Shown in pieces: positions 13,227-27,312 of a stretch of DNA of 64,000 bases. The stretch's first letter is position 1; each line of letters starts with the position of its first letter. The notes below the pieces were generated by a model. That model saw nothing but the letters and a program-made list of their open reading frames with translations, made no database searches and was not told where the DNA came from. Both the position numbers and the translations under genes were made by a program. Source of the stretch: Octopus sinensis (taxonomy: Eukaryota); assembly GCF_006345805.1 (NCBI RefSeq), contig NC_043004.1, positions 67,766,001 through 67,830,000 of the forward strand, written 5' to 3'.

Positions 13227-13574
13227 CAATGCGACCACGTGCGTTCATATTTTTTACACATGGAAGAAATGACTTTCAGGGCAGGTGATGAAATAAACGC
13301 GTCTCAAAAACCAGAAGAGAATAGGATGAATGAAGGGGCAGAAATGTTGGTGAACACAGAATTTGAGAAGATAAAGTGAGACACAGCACACACATGAACA
13401 AACGCGTGTACTGATACGATCTCTTCCATAACAAACTTCGCTGAAAGACAAAGTTAAGGCTAGTCGTATATTAAGTGAAAGCTAATAGTATATTCTCAAA
13501 GTTAAGGCTAAATTAGTATATATTCTCTCACTAATAGTAACATTTAATTTTGTCACAAAACTATTAAATTTGGG

Positions 13575-13685
13575 GGCGTATCTAAGTCGATTGCATCGAC
13601 ACTAGTGTTTGATTGATACTTATTTTATCGACCCCGGAAGGATTGAAAGCAAAGTCGTGCTTGGCAGAACACAGAACTCAGTAAC
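13575..13685 (-). mobile_element. Decayed SINE family A fragment
   Basis: AAGTCGATTGCATCGAC..ACTTATTTTATCGACCCCGGAAGGA..AAAGTCG matches 21420-21520. Confidence 0.65.
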
Positions 13686-14463
13686 ATTAATTGCTCGATT
13701 CTTCTCGATTTTCACCAACATGGATTCTCTACGTTACACTTATATATAACTGATTGCCGTATGGCTTTTTAACTGAGACCGTAAGTGAGGACAATTTTCC
13801 GATATTATATCTTATGCATGAAAAGTTGTAACGAAAGCATTCACGCACTAGAAAAAACTTCTTACCAAAAAAGGTGTACAACATCCTCATAAAAGAGTTC
13901 ATAACATTTTAAAAAGTAAATATATTTCTTTTAAACTCAGCTTTTCACTTCGGAGACTATATTAAGTAAACCTCATATATTTTCAAATATATATATATAT
14001 AGCGGCATACTACACTTTGGTCTCCTATATGTAAGTATATATTTATCTAAATCACGTACAGCTCTATTGTTTTATTACTTCCTTCTTTCTATCAGACCTT
14101 TCACGCTTACTCCGTTCATTCCGCTCTTAATTTAATTCGTCCTTACTCGAAAGACACATGTTCTTATATCCTGTTATTTTTATTTCGGCAACCTCCTCCC
14201 TTTTTTTCTCGTCCTTGTTTTCGTATACATTCGCTGCTTTCTTCCAAGGAATCAAAAGGGAAAAACTAAGCTAATGGCATTTTTCCCTGGGACTGGCAAG
14301 ATTGGAGCAATCTCGAACATAACCAACCGAAATTGCAAAGATTATCTGAAACTCGACTGAGGAAAGAATGTTTTGTTGTCCCTTTCTTGTATCACCGAAA
14401 TGTCTGGATATTTTGAGTTCTTGTCCCATTCTGTATATATATATATATTATATATATATATGT

Positions 14464-14526
<63 letters not shown>

Positions 14527-14592
14527 TATATACACACGTATACTATATAATATATATATACAAATATATATATGTATATATATTTGTATGTA

Positions 14593-14929
14593 GGCGCATG
14601 GCTCAGTGGTTAGAGCGTCGAGCTTACGATCGTGAGGTTGTGAGCTGGAATCCCGGACCGGGCTGCGTGTTGTGTTCTTGAGCAAAGCACTTTATTTCAC
14701 GTTGCTCCAGTTCACTCAGCTGTAGAAATGAGTTGCGACGTCACTGGTGCCAAGCTGTATCGACCTTTGTCTTTCCCTTGGATAACACTGGTGGCGTGGA
14801 GAGAGGAGGCTGGTATGCATGGGCGACTGCTGGTCTTCCATAAACAACCTTGCCCGGACTTGTGTCTAGGAGGGTAACTTTCTAGGTGCAATCCCATGGT
14901 CATTCATGACCGAAGGGGGTCTTTACCTT
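14593..14929 (+). mobile_element. tRNA-derived SINE, family C, full length
   Basis: A box TGGCTCAGTGG, B-box-like GAGCTGGAATCCC, CORE-like TTCTTGAGCAAAGCACTT; about 9 mismatches in ~285 nt to the reverse copy at 27313-27615. Confidence 0.92.
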
Positions 14930-14943
14930 TTATATATATACAA

Positions 14944-15014
<71 letters not shown>

Positions 15015-15016
15015 AC

Positions 15017-15048
<32 letters not shown>

Positions 15049-15090
15049 TATATATATGCATATATAAACATATATATACTTGCATATATA

Positions 15091-15124
<34 letters not shown>

Positions 15125-15127
<3 letters not shown>

Positions 15128-18100
15128 ATATACATCCACAAAGCGGATATATACGAAGAATGGCCCAACCGGACACCGTTAATCCTCCCACGGAAATTCC
15201 AGATCAAAACCATTAGAGAGGAACCTGAAACACAAAGACGCCTCAGGGAGAGAATGTCACTACTGGAAAAATGAAAATGGAAATAGAACTTCTAAAATTG
15301 AGGGCCCAAACGAATGAGGATAAAGTAAAATCCACAGATGAAGAGATCAACCAAGAAATTCGAAAACTGACCCAAGGCCCCGATCAAGAGAAGATCCCCA
15401 AACTATGGAAAGAGTACTGTGGAAAAGAAGAACTGAAATCTCTCCAACGCTGGTAGAAAAGCGCCACTTGGTTCTCAAACTATGAAACCGTCTTTCAAAC
15501 AGAGCACGCTTCCAACAATCCTTTCCAGAAAATAAGAAAATCAAAACAACACGCAAACACCGATACACACCTATCTAAAAATCGGAACCATCACTACTAT
15601 CAAAAAAAGAATACAAGACATAACCCTAACTTTGTCAGCCACCAGCGATACAATATCAGGAATACCCTCACTTCAAACAGAGAAAGGATAAATCAATACC
15701 CACAGGATAGACGCTGCAACCGCCTCCCCACCCAAAAGAGTCACCAACGAAATTTTCGTTCCAACTGCCTGCCAAACAACCATGCGCAACAAACCTACAC
15801 AATTCACAATGATTACCAACGAAGGCCTCCTAAAACACCACACCCGAATATGGGATATCAGGACGCACTTCTCAATACTGTTTCAAGAACACACACCATA
15901 AATCACAACAGGGCACCCCATATCAACAAGGAACAACTACATAATAGCTACCGTCCCAACCACTGCATTCATTTTTTAGACCCAGTACGCAAACACAGAG
16001 ACACAAGATAGCAGCAAACTGGCAGGAGGAACCAAAAGTGATAAAAATTATCAATCTAACTCACAATGAACTAACAGCAAACCAAATAAATATACTCCCC
16101 AAAGGACTCAAGTTTACACCCACCACACAACATCCCAACTACAATCAAATGAAAGAAGGCATCGCAGAATTCTGTAGAAAATTACGGCTTACTGAGGAGC
16201 TATATTACAAATACAACGAGGACGAATCGTTGTTCAAAAATAGGAGTAACTACACCACCTCAAAAGGTAAGAACAAAACACTTGATCATTTCTGTGAACA
16301 CATTTCGAATTACCCATATCAACACTTGCACAAACAAAAACCCAAACCAAACTTCAGCAAAAAAGAATGGGCTGAGCTGAACAGATTAAAACAAGACAAA
16401 ACAATAACAATCAAAGAGGCCGATAAAGGGAGTGCTGTTGTCTTAATGGATACGACATTTTACATAACTTTGGTACTATCTATGCTGGAAGACACAACAT
16501 ATTATGAAAAGGCACAAAACTACAGTCAACAAAAAATAATGAGGGAACTAAAATCCATGTTAAACCCATACAAAGAAGGGCTCACCGACAAATAATATGA
16601 CTATATGACCAATTTCACAAGTAAAACCAGCCAATTCTACGGTATTCCTAAGATACACAAAATTGAGAAAATAAGTAACGCATGCAAGATAGCCACAGAC
16701 AAAATAATTAAAGTCCCTAATCCTAATGATCTCAAATTGAGACCCATTATAGCAGATCCCGCATGCGAAACCCACCGCCTCAGTAACTTTTTAGGCACCC
16801 TGTTAAAACCACTCCTCAAACATGTCAAAAGCTATATAAGGGACGACCTGGATATGCTCAATCACCTACCTAATACTATAAACAAAAACACCCTACTAGT
16901 ATCCTTCGGTGTAGTCAACCTCTACTCCAATATCCCCTACAACCTAGGAATAGAGGCAATTCAATTCTGGCTAGAGAATCACGCCAACGAACACCAACAT
17001 TGCATCAAAAAATAATTCGTTATATTCATCCTAGAAAATAACTTCGCCTTCAAAGACAACTTCTACCGACAAAAATCGGGGACTGCGATGGGTACGCGAA
17101 TGACCCCCTCCTTTGCCAACCTAGTCATGGGATATCTAGAAATCAGTCCGTATCGTAAGGTTCTAGAAAGATATGGCAGCCCTTTCTCCCTCTACATAGA
17201 AAACAACTGGAAGAGATACCTAGATGACTGTTTCATTCTTTGGCATGAAATATAGAGAAACTCAAAGAATTCCAAGCAATTTTAAATGGACTGGCCGTAA
17301 ACATCCAATTCACGATGGAATATAACCAGCAACAACTCCCCTTCCTCGACATCCTCATTAAGAAATCTAATAATGTAATAGAAACAGATATATACTATAA
17401 GCCTACAGATTCTAAGCAATATCTTCCATTCAATTCATGCCACCCCAGGCACACCAGAATGAATATCCCCTTCAATCTAGCAAAAAGGATATGTACTATA
17501 GTTTCTAATGCAAACACCAGAGACGCACGAACTACACATCTTCGCCTTCACCTTCACTAATTGACATATGCATTCAACGTGCCCTTCAACTCAACATCCA
17601 GGAACTCAGACATCCCAAATTAAAGAAAAATTTACGACCAAAAGTCTTACCATACATCTCCACACACAACCCTCTCAACTATGAAGCCTTCGACGTCATC
17701 CTCCAAAACATACCCCTCCTAAAAAAAGACCACAGAATGAACTTAATCCTCCAAACACACACGATCATAAAAAGTAAGAGACAGCCCAAATCTATGAAAA
17801 GTCTACTAACACAAGCCCGAATACGCTCTCCAACACAGAAGCCGACAGTATAAAAATGTGGAAGACCCAATTGCGGGATATGCGATTATCTAATTGAGGG
17901 ATCAGATTTCTCCTTCATACAGGGACAACGGTTCATAGTGAAAAGCAACTTCACATGTGCTTCGGAGAACCTGATATACACACTAACCTGCTCTGGGTGT
18001 CAAGAGCAATACAAAGGCCAAACAAAACATAGTTTGCGTAAAAGAATGGCCCTGCACAGATCCCAGATAAAAATTCCCCAAAACATAAAAATAGCATTCA

Positions 18101-18959
18101 GCCAACACATAGATACTTGCGCCAACAACAAAACACCAAGCTTCAGGATTTTCCCCTCTACCAATTCAGGGACGATACAACCTCGAGCCAACGAATAAGT
18201 AAAGAAAATCTCTTTATTACAATATACAGGCCCCATCTGAACGCATCTACAACAAACGATATATCCACCTCAGCTTTAGAATAACACAAATACACACGCA
18301 AATATTACATTCCTAAGAATCCATTAAAAATCGACACCAATCACAGACATAACCCATAACGTGCCAATTTTAATTCATACAACACCTCTCTACTTCCATG
18401 CATTCATATTCTCCCTTCTTCTTCTTCTTCTTCTTCTTCTTATTCTTCTTCTTCTTCTTCTTCTTCTTCTTCTTCATCATTATCATCATCATTATCATCA
18501 TCGTTATCGTCATCATCATCTTCATCTTCTTCTTCTCCCCCTTCTACTTCCTAACTTCATCACTAATGCTTTTTAGTATAACACCTACGCAAATTCTATA
18601 AACAAAGCTTTCAATAGAAATATTTTCATGAATTGAACAGCAGGAACTGCTAGCAACCACTGACCAACGACAATCAAGACAATCCCAATTCTTCCTCCAC
18701 TTCTCTCCCTCCTCTTCCTCCTCCTCCTCCTCCTTCTTCTTCTTCTTCTTCCCTACCAAGAATTCACCACGATCTCGAACCCACGAGTGTAAACAAGAGA
18801 GACAGAGAAAGGCAGAAACAAGGAAAATGCCACTTATATTTGAACACTATACAAATATTCGTTTAAAAACCTTTTCTTTTCATTTTTCAGTACCGAAACC
18901 GGTACTGAAATATTCTTTATAAAATTATTTTAGCATTTTCTATCTAGACTTGTTTTTTC

Positions 18960-18960
<1 letters not shown>
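15125..18960 (+). mobile_element. Penelope-like retroelement (PLE), near complete but with many stops and frameshifts
   Basis: IKEADKGSAVVLMD; LRPIIA..CETHRLSNFL; RT motifs GTAMGTRMTPSFANLVMGYLE (~17079) and WKRYLDDCFILW (~17208); thumb FLDILIKK..ETDIYYKPTDSKQYLPFNSCHP; GIY-YIG NFTCASENLIYTLTCSGCQEQYKGQT (~17945-18025). The 3' boundary is approximate. Confidence 0.93.
18410..18750. repeat. (CTT)n, (CAT)n and (CCT)n tracts in the PLE 3' region
   Basis: Directly visible. Confidence 0.9.
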
Positions 18961-19019
<59 letters not shown>

Positions 19020-19149
19020 AGTGATCACGTGATCACGTGACCGACCAGACCAGACCATCAGATGTTGTTACACATTGCTGGTCACAATGCGTTCGCATTG
19101 TTTTAGCCTTCGAATGACGCCACCCCGCTGCGCTGGCTAACCAAGCAGG

Positions 19150-19239
<90 letters not shown>

Positions 19240-21195
19240 ATACATGTATATATACACACACATATATATAATATATATTACATATATACAAATATATATT
19301 CATACATATATATGTATATATATATATTTGTATGTATAGATATATATATTTGTTGTATATATATGTGTGTGTGTGTGTGTTATATGTTATATATTATATA
19401 TATATATATAATATACATACACATATACATGGGTACATACATATATACATACATACATATATACACGTGCACATACAGCTTACACTCGGTGCAAATCATT
19501 GATTGATTCTACGGCGCATTATTCTTCACAATGGCGGAGAGATATCATTAACGTTTATGTTATCTTTTCCACATGAATGCAGTCATAAGTCGCATTTCGC
19601 CGTTACCTTCGCCATCACAAGTCTATTTACGGAATTAACACAATAAATATAAACATTAAAATCTTTTTACCGGAAAGCTAAAATTTTCACTTTCTGCATC
19701 ATTGATTAGGTATTCTACTTAAGAAAATTTCATTAATTTCTGATCCACATACACACTTTGTCTACAACACCATTTAGTCTCAACTCATATGAAGAAATCT
19801 TTTATCTAATTGCTAGGTATTTACGACAATTGTTCATCGGAAAACATTGTGAAATACCGAATGGCTAAACCTGTATTCTATTGCTCACAAGGGAGCACTA
19901 TCCTAGAGTCATATATATTTATACATTTCTAAATAGACTAGTTGACCAATAAGTTACTAACCTTAAGGATAATTCATCTCCACATTATATAAATCCTAGC
20001 GGTTTAGTTAGTAAATCATTACAAGATATATAGATATACATATATATATGTATTCATTTGTACCTCGTTTAATAAAAGTACAGTTAATTTCGACAAGCAA
20101 TAGCGGCTGTCTGGAGAATAATATTGTATGCAATAAAAATAGAAATATGATATGATATTTGATTTGTTTCCGGGACTTTACAACTTATAATATTGATGGA
20201 AACAATCTGACCTAAGTCGAACGACTTTCTAAATCACTTGCCTCAGAATGCGACTGTTTTGATACTTGGTGGAAATTTAAGAAGAAAACACAGTTTAATG
20301 ATGGATAGCCATAATAAAAGGAACGGTTATAATCAAAACATTGTAATATCTTATCACCGTATCACGCTTTCCATTACTTTGCATAAATAGGATGATATAC
20401 ATTTATTATAGCACCATTGAGTTATTGGTAAACATGTTATATGTATCATTTCTAAATATAGAAATCTGCAAAATACACACATAGGGAAAAACACAAGCAC
20501 TTCCATCAGCAAACACACACACACACACACATATGAACAGAGAAATATAGACATGTATAGACAATAACAATTAGGACTGTGTATGAGTGTGCGCGTGTGT
20601 GTGCGTGTGTGTGTGTTTGTGAGTGAGTACGTGAGTGTGCTTGTATGCATTTATATAGGAATTATATAAATGTATAAGTTCAAGTGTGTTTATGTGAAAA
20701 TGTATGCACGGTTTTATTTACGTGTATGTAAGAGTCAATTTTAAAATCATAACTTGTGTTTTAAAATAACAAAGAGTGATTAATGGAACACTATATTGAT
20801 TTAACATGCGCGCGTGTGTGTGTTTGTGCTTGTGTGTGTTTGGTGTGTGTGTGAAGGTAAACGCGTCTGTGTATGTACATATACATTTATACATATATAC
20901 ACACACACACATAAATATATTGAATATATGTGTGTATTTGTATATATTTAATTTATATATATATACGCATGCATATATACGTACAGACACACGGATACAT
21001 TTATACATACAGATATGTGTATATGAATATGTTTGTTTGTGTGTGTGTGTGTGCATGTATAGTGCGTGCAGTTCATTCCGTACGCAAGTTCTACATTAGT
21101 GACTAGAATTTTGGCCTCATCCATCTTCAAAAATCGTTTGTGTAGAAACTGTAGACAATAACGATATGAAATCTAGCACAGCCGCTAGCTTATAT

Positions 21196-21588
21196 ATTCT
21201 TTTCTACACTCGGAACAAAGTCCGAAATTTGGAGGAGGTGAGTCCAGTCAATTAATTCGACCCTAATACGCAACTTAATTTATTGACCCTGAAAGGATGA
21301 AAGGCAAAGTCGACCTCGGCGGAACTTGAGCTCAGAACGTAACGGTAGACCAGATACCTATTTCTTTACTACCCACAAGGGGCTACACAAAGAGAGGACA
21401 AACAAGGACAGGCAAACGAATTAAGTCGATTATATCGACCCCAGTGTGTAACTGGTACTTATTTAATCGACCCCGAAAGGATTTAATCAAAGTCGACCTC
21501 GGCGGAATTTGAACTCAGAACGTAGCGGCAGACGAAATACCGCTAAGCATTTCGCCCGGCGTGCTATCGTTTCTGCCAGCTCGCCTCC
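21196..21588 (-). mobile_element. Family A SINE dimer (SINE within SINE) under one target-site duplication
   Basis: Two tandem bodies with AAAGTCGACCTCGGCGGAA, junction at 21358/21359, a single head at 21588; flanks CGCTAGCTTATATATT (21183-21198) and CGCTACTTTATATATT (21592-21607). Confidence 0.85.
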
Positions 21589-22354
21589 TTGCGCTACTTT
21601 ATATATTGTCTCGAAAGGGGACTGTATTTTACACTATGTCAGCGGTTTGTCATTAATTTCGAACAGCAGAACGTTATCAGGTTTGCATAGATGAATACGC
21701 GATATTATTCATTTTAACCAGTTGCACAGTTTCACGTGCGTTACTGGCACCATTCGCTCTTATAATTCACTCTTTACAGCACTTCAGGTTATGGAATCCC
21801 TGTATGCGGGAATGTGCGATTGCGTTTGTATTGAAATGACCGTAGAATAATATCTATTTGCCTATATATATTAAATGGTGTATATATACGTATATACGTA
21901 CGCACCCCTACACACCCCATCCACCCGCACACACAAACACACACAAACACACACATATATATATATGTATATGTATATAGACACATATATATATATGTAC
22001 AAAAGATGACAATTGCTTTCTCTGGTAGGCGACTGAGAAGCTGCGTCTGAGCAGCAAGGCATCACACAAGCCGTGTGTATGTGTGTGTGTATGTATATAT
22101 GTGTGGTCGTGTGCGAGTGTGTGTGTGCGTCTGTGTGTTTGAGTAGATATGCTTCTATTGTGATCCACGAGTCATTTGCATGTTCTGATTGTAGCGGAAC
22201 GTTATAATCTGGCTGCATTCGAGGCTGATGTTACCCTTCTCTTCTGTAAGTCCAGAGAATGTGAGTCATTCGTTTTATCAAATAAGCGAGTGGTTAAAAG
22301 AGCTCTATTTTCATTATCCATTTTTTAAGACTTTCTGTCTCTCTTTATATATAC

Positions 22355-22441
<87 letters not shown>

Positions 22442-22582
22442 GTGTGTGTATGTATGCATATATGTGTGTGTGTGCGAGTGCGTGTATATAAATATATATA
22501 TATACATACATATATGTGTATATATATACGTATATATATATATATATATATATATACATACATATATGTGTATATATATACG

Positions 22583-22613
<31 letters not shown>

Positions 22614-23329
22614 ATGTATGCATATATGTGTTTGTGTGCTAGTGCGTGTATATAATATATATATATACATACATATATGTGTATATATATACGTATATAT
22701 ATATTATATATATATATATATATTATATATATATATATATACACATATATAAATATATATGTTTGTGTGTGTATTTGTGGGGCGCTAATAACTGCGAAAC
22801 AAATTTGATATATATCCCTGTGTCCTCTCTAGACAGTTTATTTAAACATTGCCATCAATTTTAGTAGAACTGTGGAAAAGAAAATATACAATCAACAAAA
22901 AAAATGTATATATATGAAATTCTTGGTAAATTAAAAATTGCATTATTAATACTCAGATTTGACATCAGATTTATATCTAATTATTTAAATTTCAACTGCT
23001 GAGAGTTGAAATTTTCAGGAGGTATCAGTAAGAAAAATATATCATTCTCTGGACCTGAATGTCAGTATCTCAGAAATGTGAAATTATAAATTTATTTTTC
23101 CTTGAAATTTTCCACTCTCTTGATTTTTTTTTTTTTTTAGGTTTGAGCTATGACGATTTGCACTCGCAATACTATTCTGCAATAACGATTTGCCCACGCA
23201 ATACTACAAAATAAACTAGCTTTGTTCAATAAGGTTGGCGGTTCCTTTGCACTTGTTAAGTTTATTCAGCAGATGGAAGTTGAATTTGTCTTTCATCAGT
23301 GAAATTATGGGTTGTCTACCCTATATTTT

Positions 23330-23790
23330 CTCCATTTACTTTTATCAAGTTCAACATAGGCGCTTGGTATTTCCGCCCGATATTTCAAGGAAAGATTTCT
23401 CACAGTCCACTTCTGGATGAGATATTACAACTTGCTCGTCATAGCCTTTCAATCATCTTGAATATCTGAAACAAAACATACACCGTGCAGTATAACCGGT
23501 CGCTCCGACTATCAAACCCATGATGCTCCGGGACAGAATGGATCTTCCTCACTAGCTGCCGAGCAGCAGACCGTTGCTTTTAGCTCATGTCACCACTTAG
23601 TATTCCTCACAACAGATCAATGAGCCAGGTTTCCGACACAACAGTGGTATCCTCCTAGTATGTTCCCAATGTGCGAATTCATACAGAATGTCCCTCAACG
23701 TTTCCATTTCCCTCATTAATGGCTGCCAAAGAGACAACCTTGATGGATTGACCGCGTGATACTGTATGGTTTCCATAGTTTTACATGATG
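23330..23790 (-). mobile_element. Decayed L1/Tx1-type LINE reverse-transcriptase fragment
   Basis: Across frameshifts: SITRSIHQGCL (QGCPLSP-like), TY*EDTTVVS (AYADD-like), GLLLGS**GRS, and QKWTVRNLSLKYRAEIPSAY, the LSLKGR-like motif of L1/Tx1 RTs. Confidence 0.72.
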
Positions 23791-26103
23791 TGGATATTGA
23801 GGATAATTCTGTCAGAGATTAATTTCACTCTCCCAGAGATTTAAAGAATGATCTATCGATGATTGCGAAGGAGTGGGTATCCTATATGTTTGTAGCTTAA
23901 ATTTTAACGACTTCCTTATATTTGGATATTTAAGATGTAACAATATTCGAGGAGCTGGAGCTAATATGTTTTTATTGGAAATCCTATGACTTTTGTTGCT
24001 AAAAGAGAACACTTTTCAGAGTAAATCTCAACTATCATTAGCTTCTTCGCTTATCTTCTATAGGGCAGGTATAAAGAAGATGAAGTTTATTTTCCCATTT
24101 AAACTGCATTGTCGAACACTACCGCAATATGAAATATTCTGTTTGCGTACGCTTCTTGTAAGGCATGTTTGCTGTTACACGGATTAATATTTCTGGTTAG
24201 ATATTTTCCGTTGCATATGGCATATTAAAAATCTTTATTGATTACTGGATGATTCTTGGAGTAATTAGGAGTAGTTCACTAGTTTAACTCAAATTTGATG
24301 GGATTTTAATCAAGGTCTATCATTAGATAAGACTATTTTAGAATTAAATTCCTGAATTAACCGTGTTAGATCTGTACAAAACCTATTCATGTTATTTCTC
24401 TTCAAATGTAGGTAGACTACAAGACTCTGTATATCCTTGCGCTCTATGAGTTTGTACCCCTCCTCAAGGTTTTTAAAATGTAAAAAGCATTTATTCAGTG
24501 CCAACGCTACCACTCATAATACATTAAAAGTATACGGTATTTTCTCTTTCTGTCAAAAGAAATCAGGTTAAGAAAATGTTGAATTCTTGGGGTTATGTCT
24601 AGTGTCAAGCAAATTGTGATCAAAGTCATTCAATGTCCTGCGGTTATTTGAAAATAATATTGAAAAACTGATGTTTGAAATTATACCATGTTAAAACAGG
24701 TAAATATACAAATCTGAGAGAGCTATTGATATAGTAAATATAATAGCATAAGCTTAGGCAAAGAGAAACCTTTTAGCAGAGCTATACTCTTTACAAATCT
24801 GATTAATAATTATACAGGTAGAATTTCAATTGTTTTCTGACTTAGTTTATGAAGATAATATTGGATCAAGATACTATTTTATCAAGGAATCTCATAGAAA
24901 CGAATGTTGGAATGCATTTGCCAATGTTTGATGACAATTGTTATATTGATGGTTTTCAAAATATCTACAATTATTTTCATGTATTTTGCTATGAAGATAA
25001 ATGGTTAACTGCGAAAGTCCTGATTCCTGAATCTATAATCAATTTTGATACATCTTTACTTTATTTTTGCGCGAGGATACTCAAAACGGGATTATTCAGA
25101 ACAATTTGACACCACTTTTTGGTGACTGCCAATTCTCCGTAAGGCGACGTTTAATTCTTTTAGTATAAATAGCAATTTTTAATACTGACAGTTACGTACT
25201 TTTTTGCCCGTTGAATTGAAACAGCAAAGGTATTTCGAAAATATATCTAATATGAGACAAAGAGATATACGAAGAGAGAAAGAGAGAAACAGTGCAACAG
25301 AGAGAGAAAGACAGATATATGTAGTGATTCGGGTAGTTCCTACGTATAGGATAAACTAAATGAACTGGAGGAATAATGGGAAAAACGCTGCTGTAATGAA
25401 TGGCCGCAAAACCCGTTTTGGTATAAACTTCGTAAAATTTCATTTACTGTAAAGGAACAGAAATATGTATTCAGGTTTCTTGAGAGATCTATTTATGTAT
25501 TATGTACAAGTCTCAATATATTTTCCTTCCTATATTTTAATTGTATTTGGAGACTCATTCAAATTAGATTCATACTTTCAGAAAAGTTATCTAATGTGAT
25601 AAATGAATTTAGATTTTCTTAAGTACATGAGAAACTTAGAGCATCAGACATATCAGGACATGTAACAACGATAGACATTCGACATAATGATCAACACAAC
25701 ACATGTAGGAATAGTTTGGCATTTTTCCACCACCGAAAATGTAACGAAATGGTTAAGTTATCTAACTGCTCGCTCACTGTGCAGATACCATTTAATACAT
25801 ATATAAACTACAGCTAGATGTCATGCTACTGGAAGGTTGTAGATATATGATCAAAAGAACATGACAGATCAACTGAGGTGTTACAAATTCATCAACCACA
25901 GGCTAAGGAGCCAAAATATCTATTCTGCTATTGCGATATGTCATTTCATTTTAAGCCACACGGAAAGCAATTCATATTAACATATGCTTAGCTTAGTAAG
26001 AGTGATAGATTTAGTTTAACGTGTTTACGACACACACACACATATATAATATATTATATATATAATATATTATATATATATATATAATATTATATATATA
26101 TAT

Positions 26104-26194
<91 letters not shown>

Positions 26195-27312
26195 TATCTA
26201 TGTTTGTGTCTGTGTATTTATATGTACGTAAAGTAGTAAAATTTTGATTCGAACTGACAAGCTACGCTTTAACACCAGGACATCTATGAAGAACAGCATA
26301 GATGCCCTCAAGCTCAAAGGCTATTCGTCTTACATTTATTGATTTATATGATAGGATAGGCTGCAAATGCTCTAGGCAGGAGAAATATTTTGGAGATCAA
26401 AGAAACTTTAGCTTCGTCTTGGGAAATTATTAAAAAATCCATAACCCAACAGGCTTAACCAACCTAGATTTGCATTTTTGATCTTTCGTTTTTACGCTCA
26501 CAAATTCGTGCATAACAAGATGATGGTATTGTTGGCACAAAAACCTGATTTAAAAAATATATATATATATGTTGGAAAGAATAGCCATTTGGCGTTGAAT
26601 GGTATGTTAATTTCAACGTAGAAATAACACAGATTGATGTTTTATAAGGGTAATAAGACAAATATATATACACATACAAACACACGTATAAATACATACA
26701 TAAATACACACGCGCGCACACACACACACATATATAATATATATATATATATATATATTCTTTGGTTAGTGTATAGAGATATTTAGTCAGAAAGTTAGGC
26801 ATGTTGCGAGCACCTATATCTGTATGTGTGAGTATTATAGCTCCATTTATGTACATTACGTATGTGAGTTACAACAAGGATAAATAATGAAACAGAAGGA
26901 AGCATTTTACTCTATTTCGTTCTCCATGGTAGATGTTAATACTTGTATAGTTAATATCTGGATATAAAGATTATATAAATACCGAAATCTATATATATGT
27001 GTGTGTATGTGTGTGTCTGTGTGTACTTACACAAACACGCCTACACAAAAGCACGTACACACACACACACATATACGGTGCGGATGTTTGTGTGGGTGTA
27101 TTTGTATGGATGAAACGTTTATACATATTTACGTATGCTTACGTTTGCATGCATATATCTACACATGCGTATATATATATATACATGCATATATGTCAAT
27201 CTTCACTCACAAAAGATGAAAAAAGAACATACTTCATGCACTGTATGTTGTAGCTCACATGCAGTATCTTGCACATTAGCAATGAATCTATATGTTCATA
27301 TATGTATATATG

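Noticed and set aside
13227-13380. TGCGACCACG after the LTR as a primer-binding site, and the short ORF MEEMTFRAGDEINASQKPEE as gag
   Set aside because: Lacks the TGG start of a PBS, and the 39-codon ORF has no gag motif.
14593-14670. tRNA-like sequences here and at 46709, 5162 and 3611
   Set aside because: They are SINE heads: each continues into a repeated body and no complete cloverleaf is evident.
14712-14903. Near-identical 63 aa ORFs at 14712..14903, 14904..15095 and 27348..27539
   Set aside because: Fortuitous frames inside SINE family C copies and adjacent (TA)n, not a gene duplication.
23153-23214. Two ~32 bp tandem units after a strong poly-T acceptor
   Set aside because: The open frame stops after 24 codons with no good donor; looks like a small local duplication.
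24310-25109. ORFs 24310..24513 (-) and 24849..25109 (+) in non-repetitive AT-rich DNA
   Set aside because: No recognisable motif and no convincing pair of splice sites; lengths are within chance expectation.
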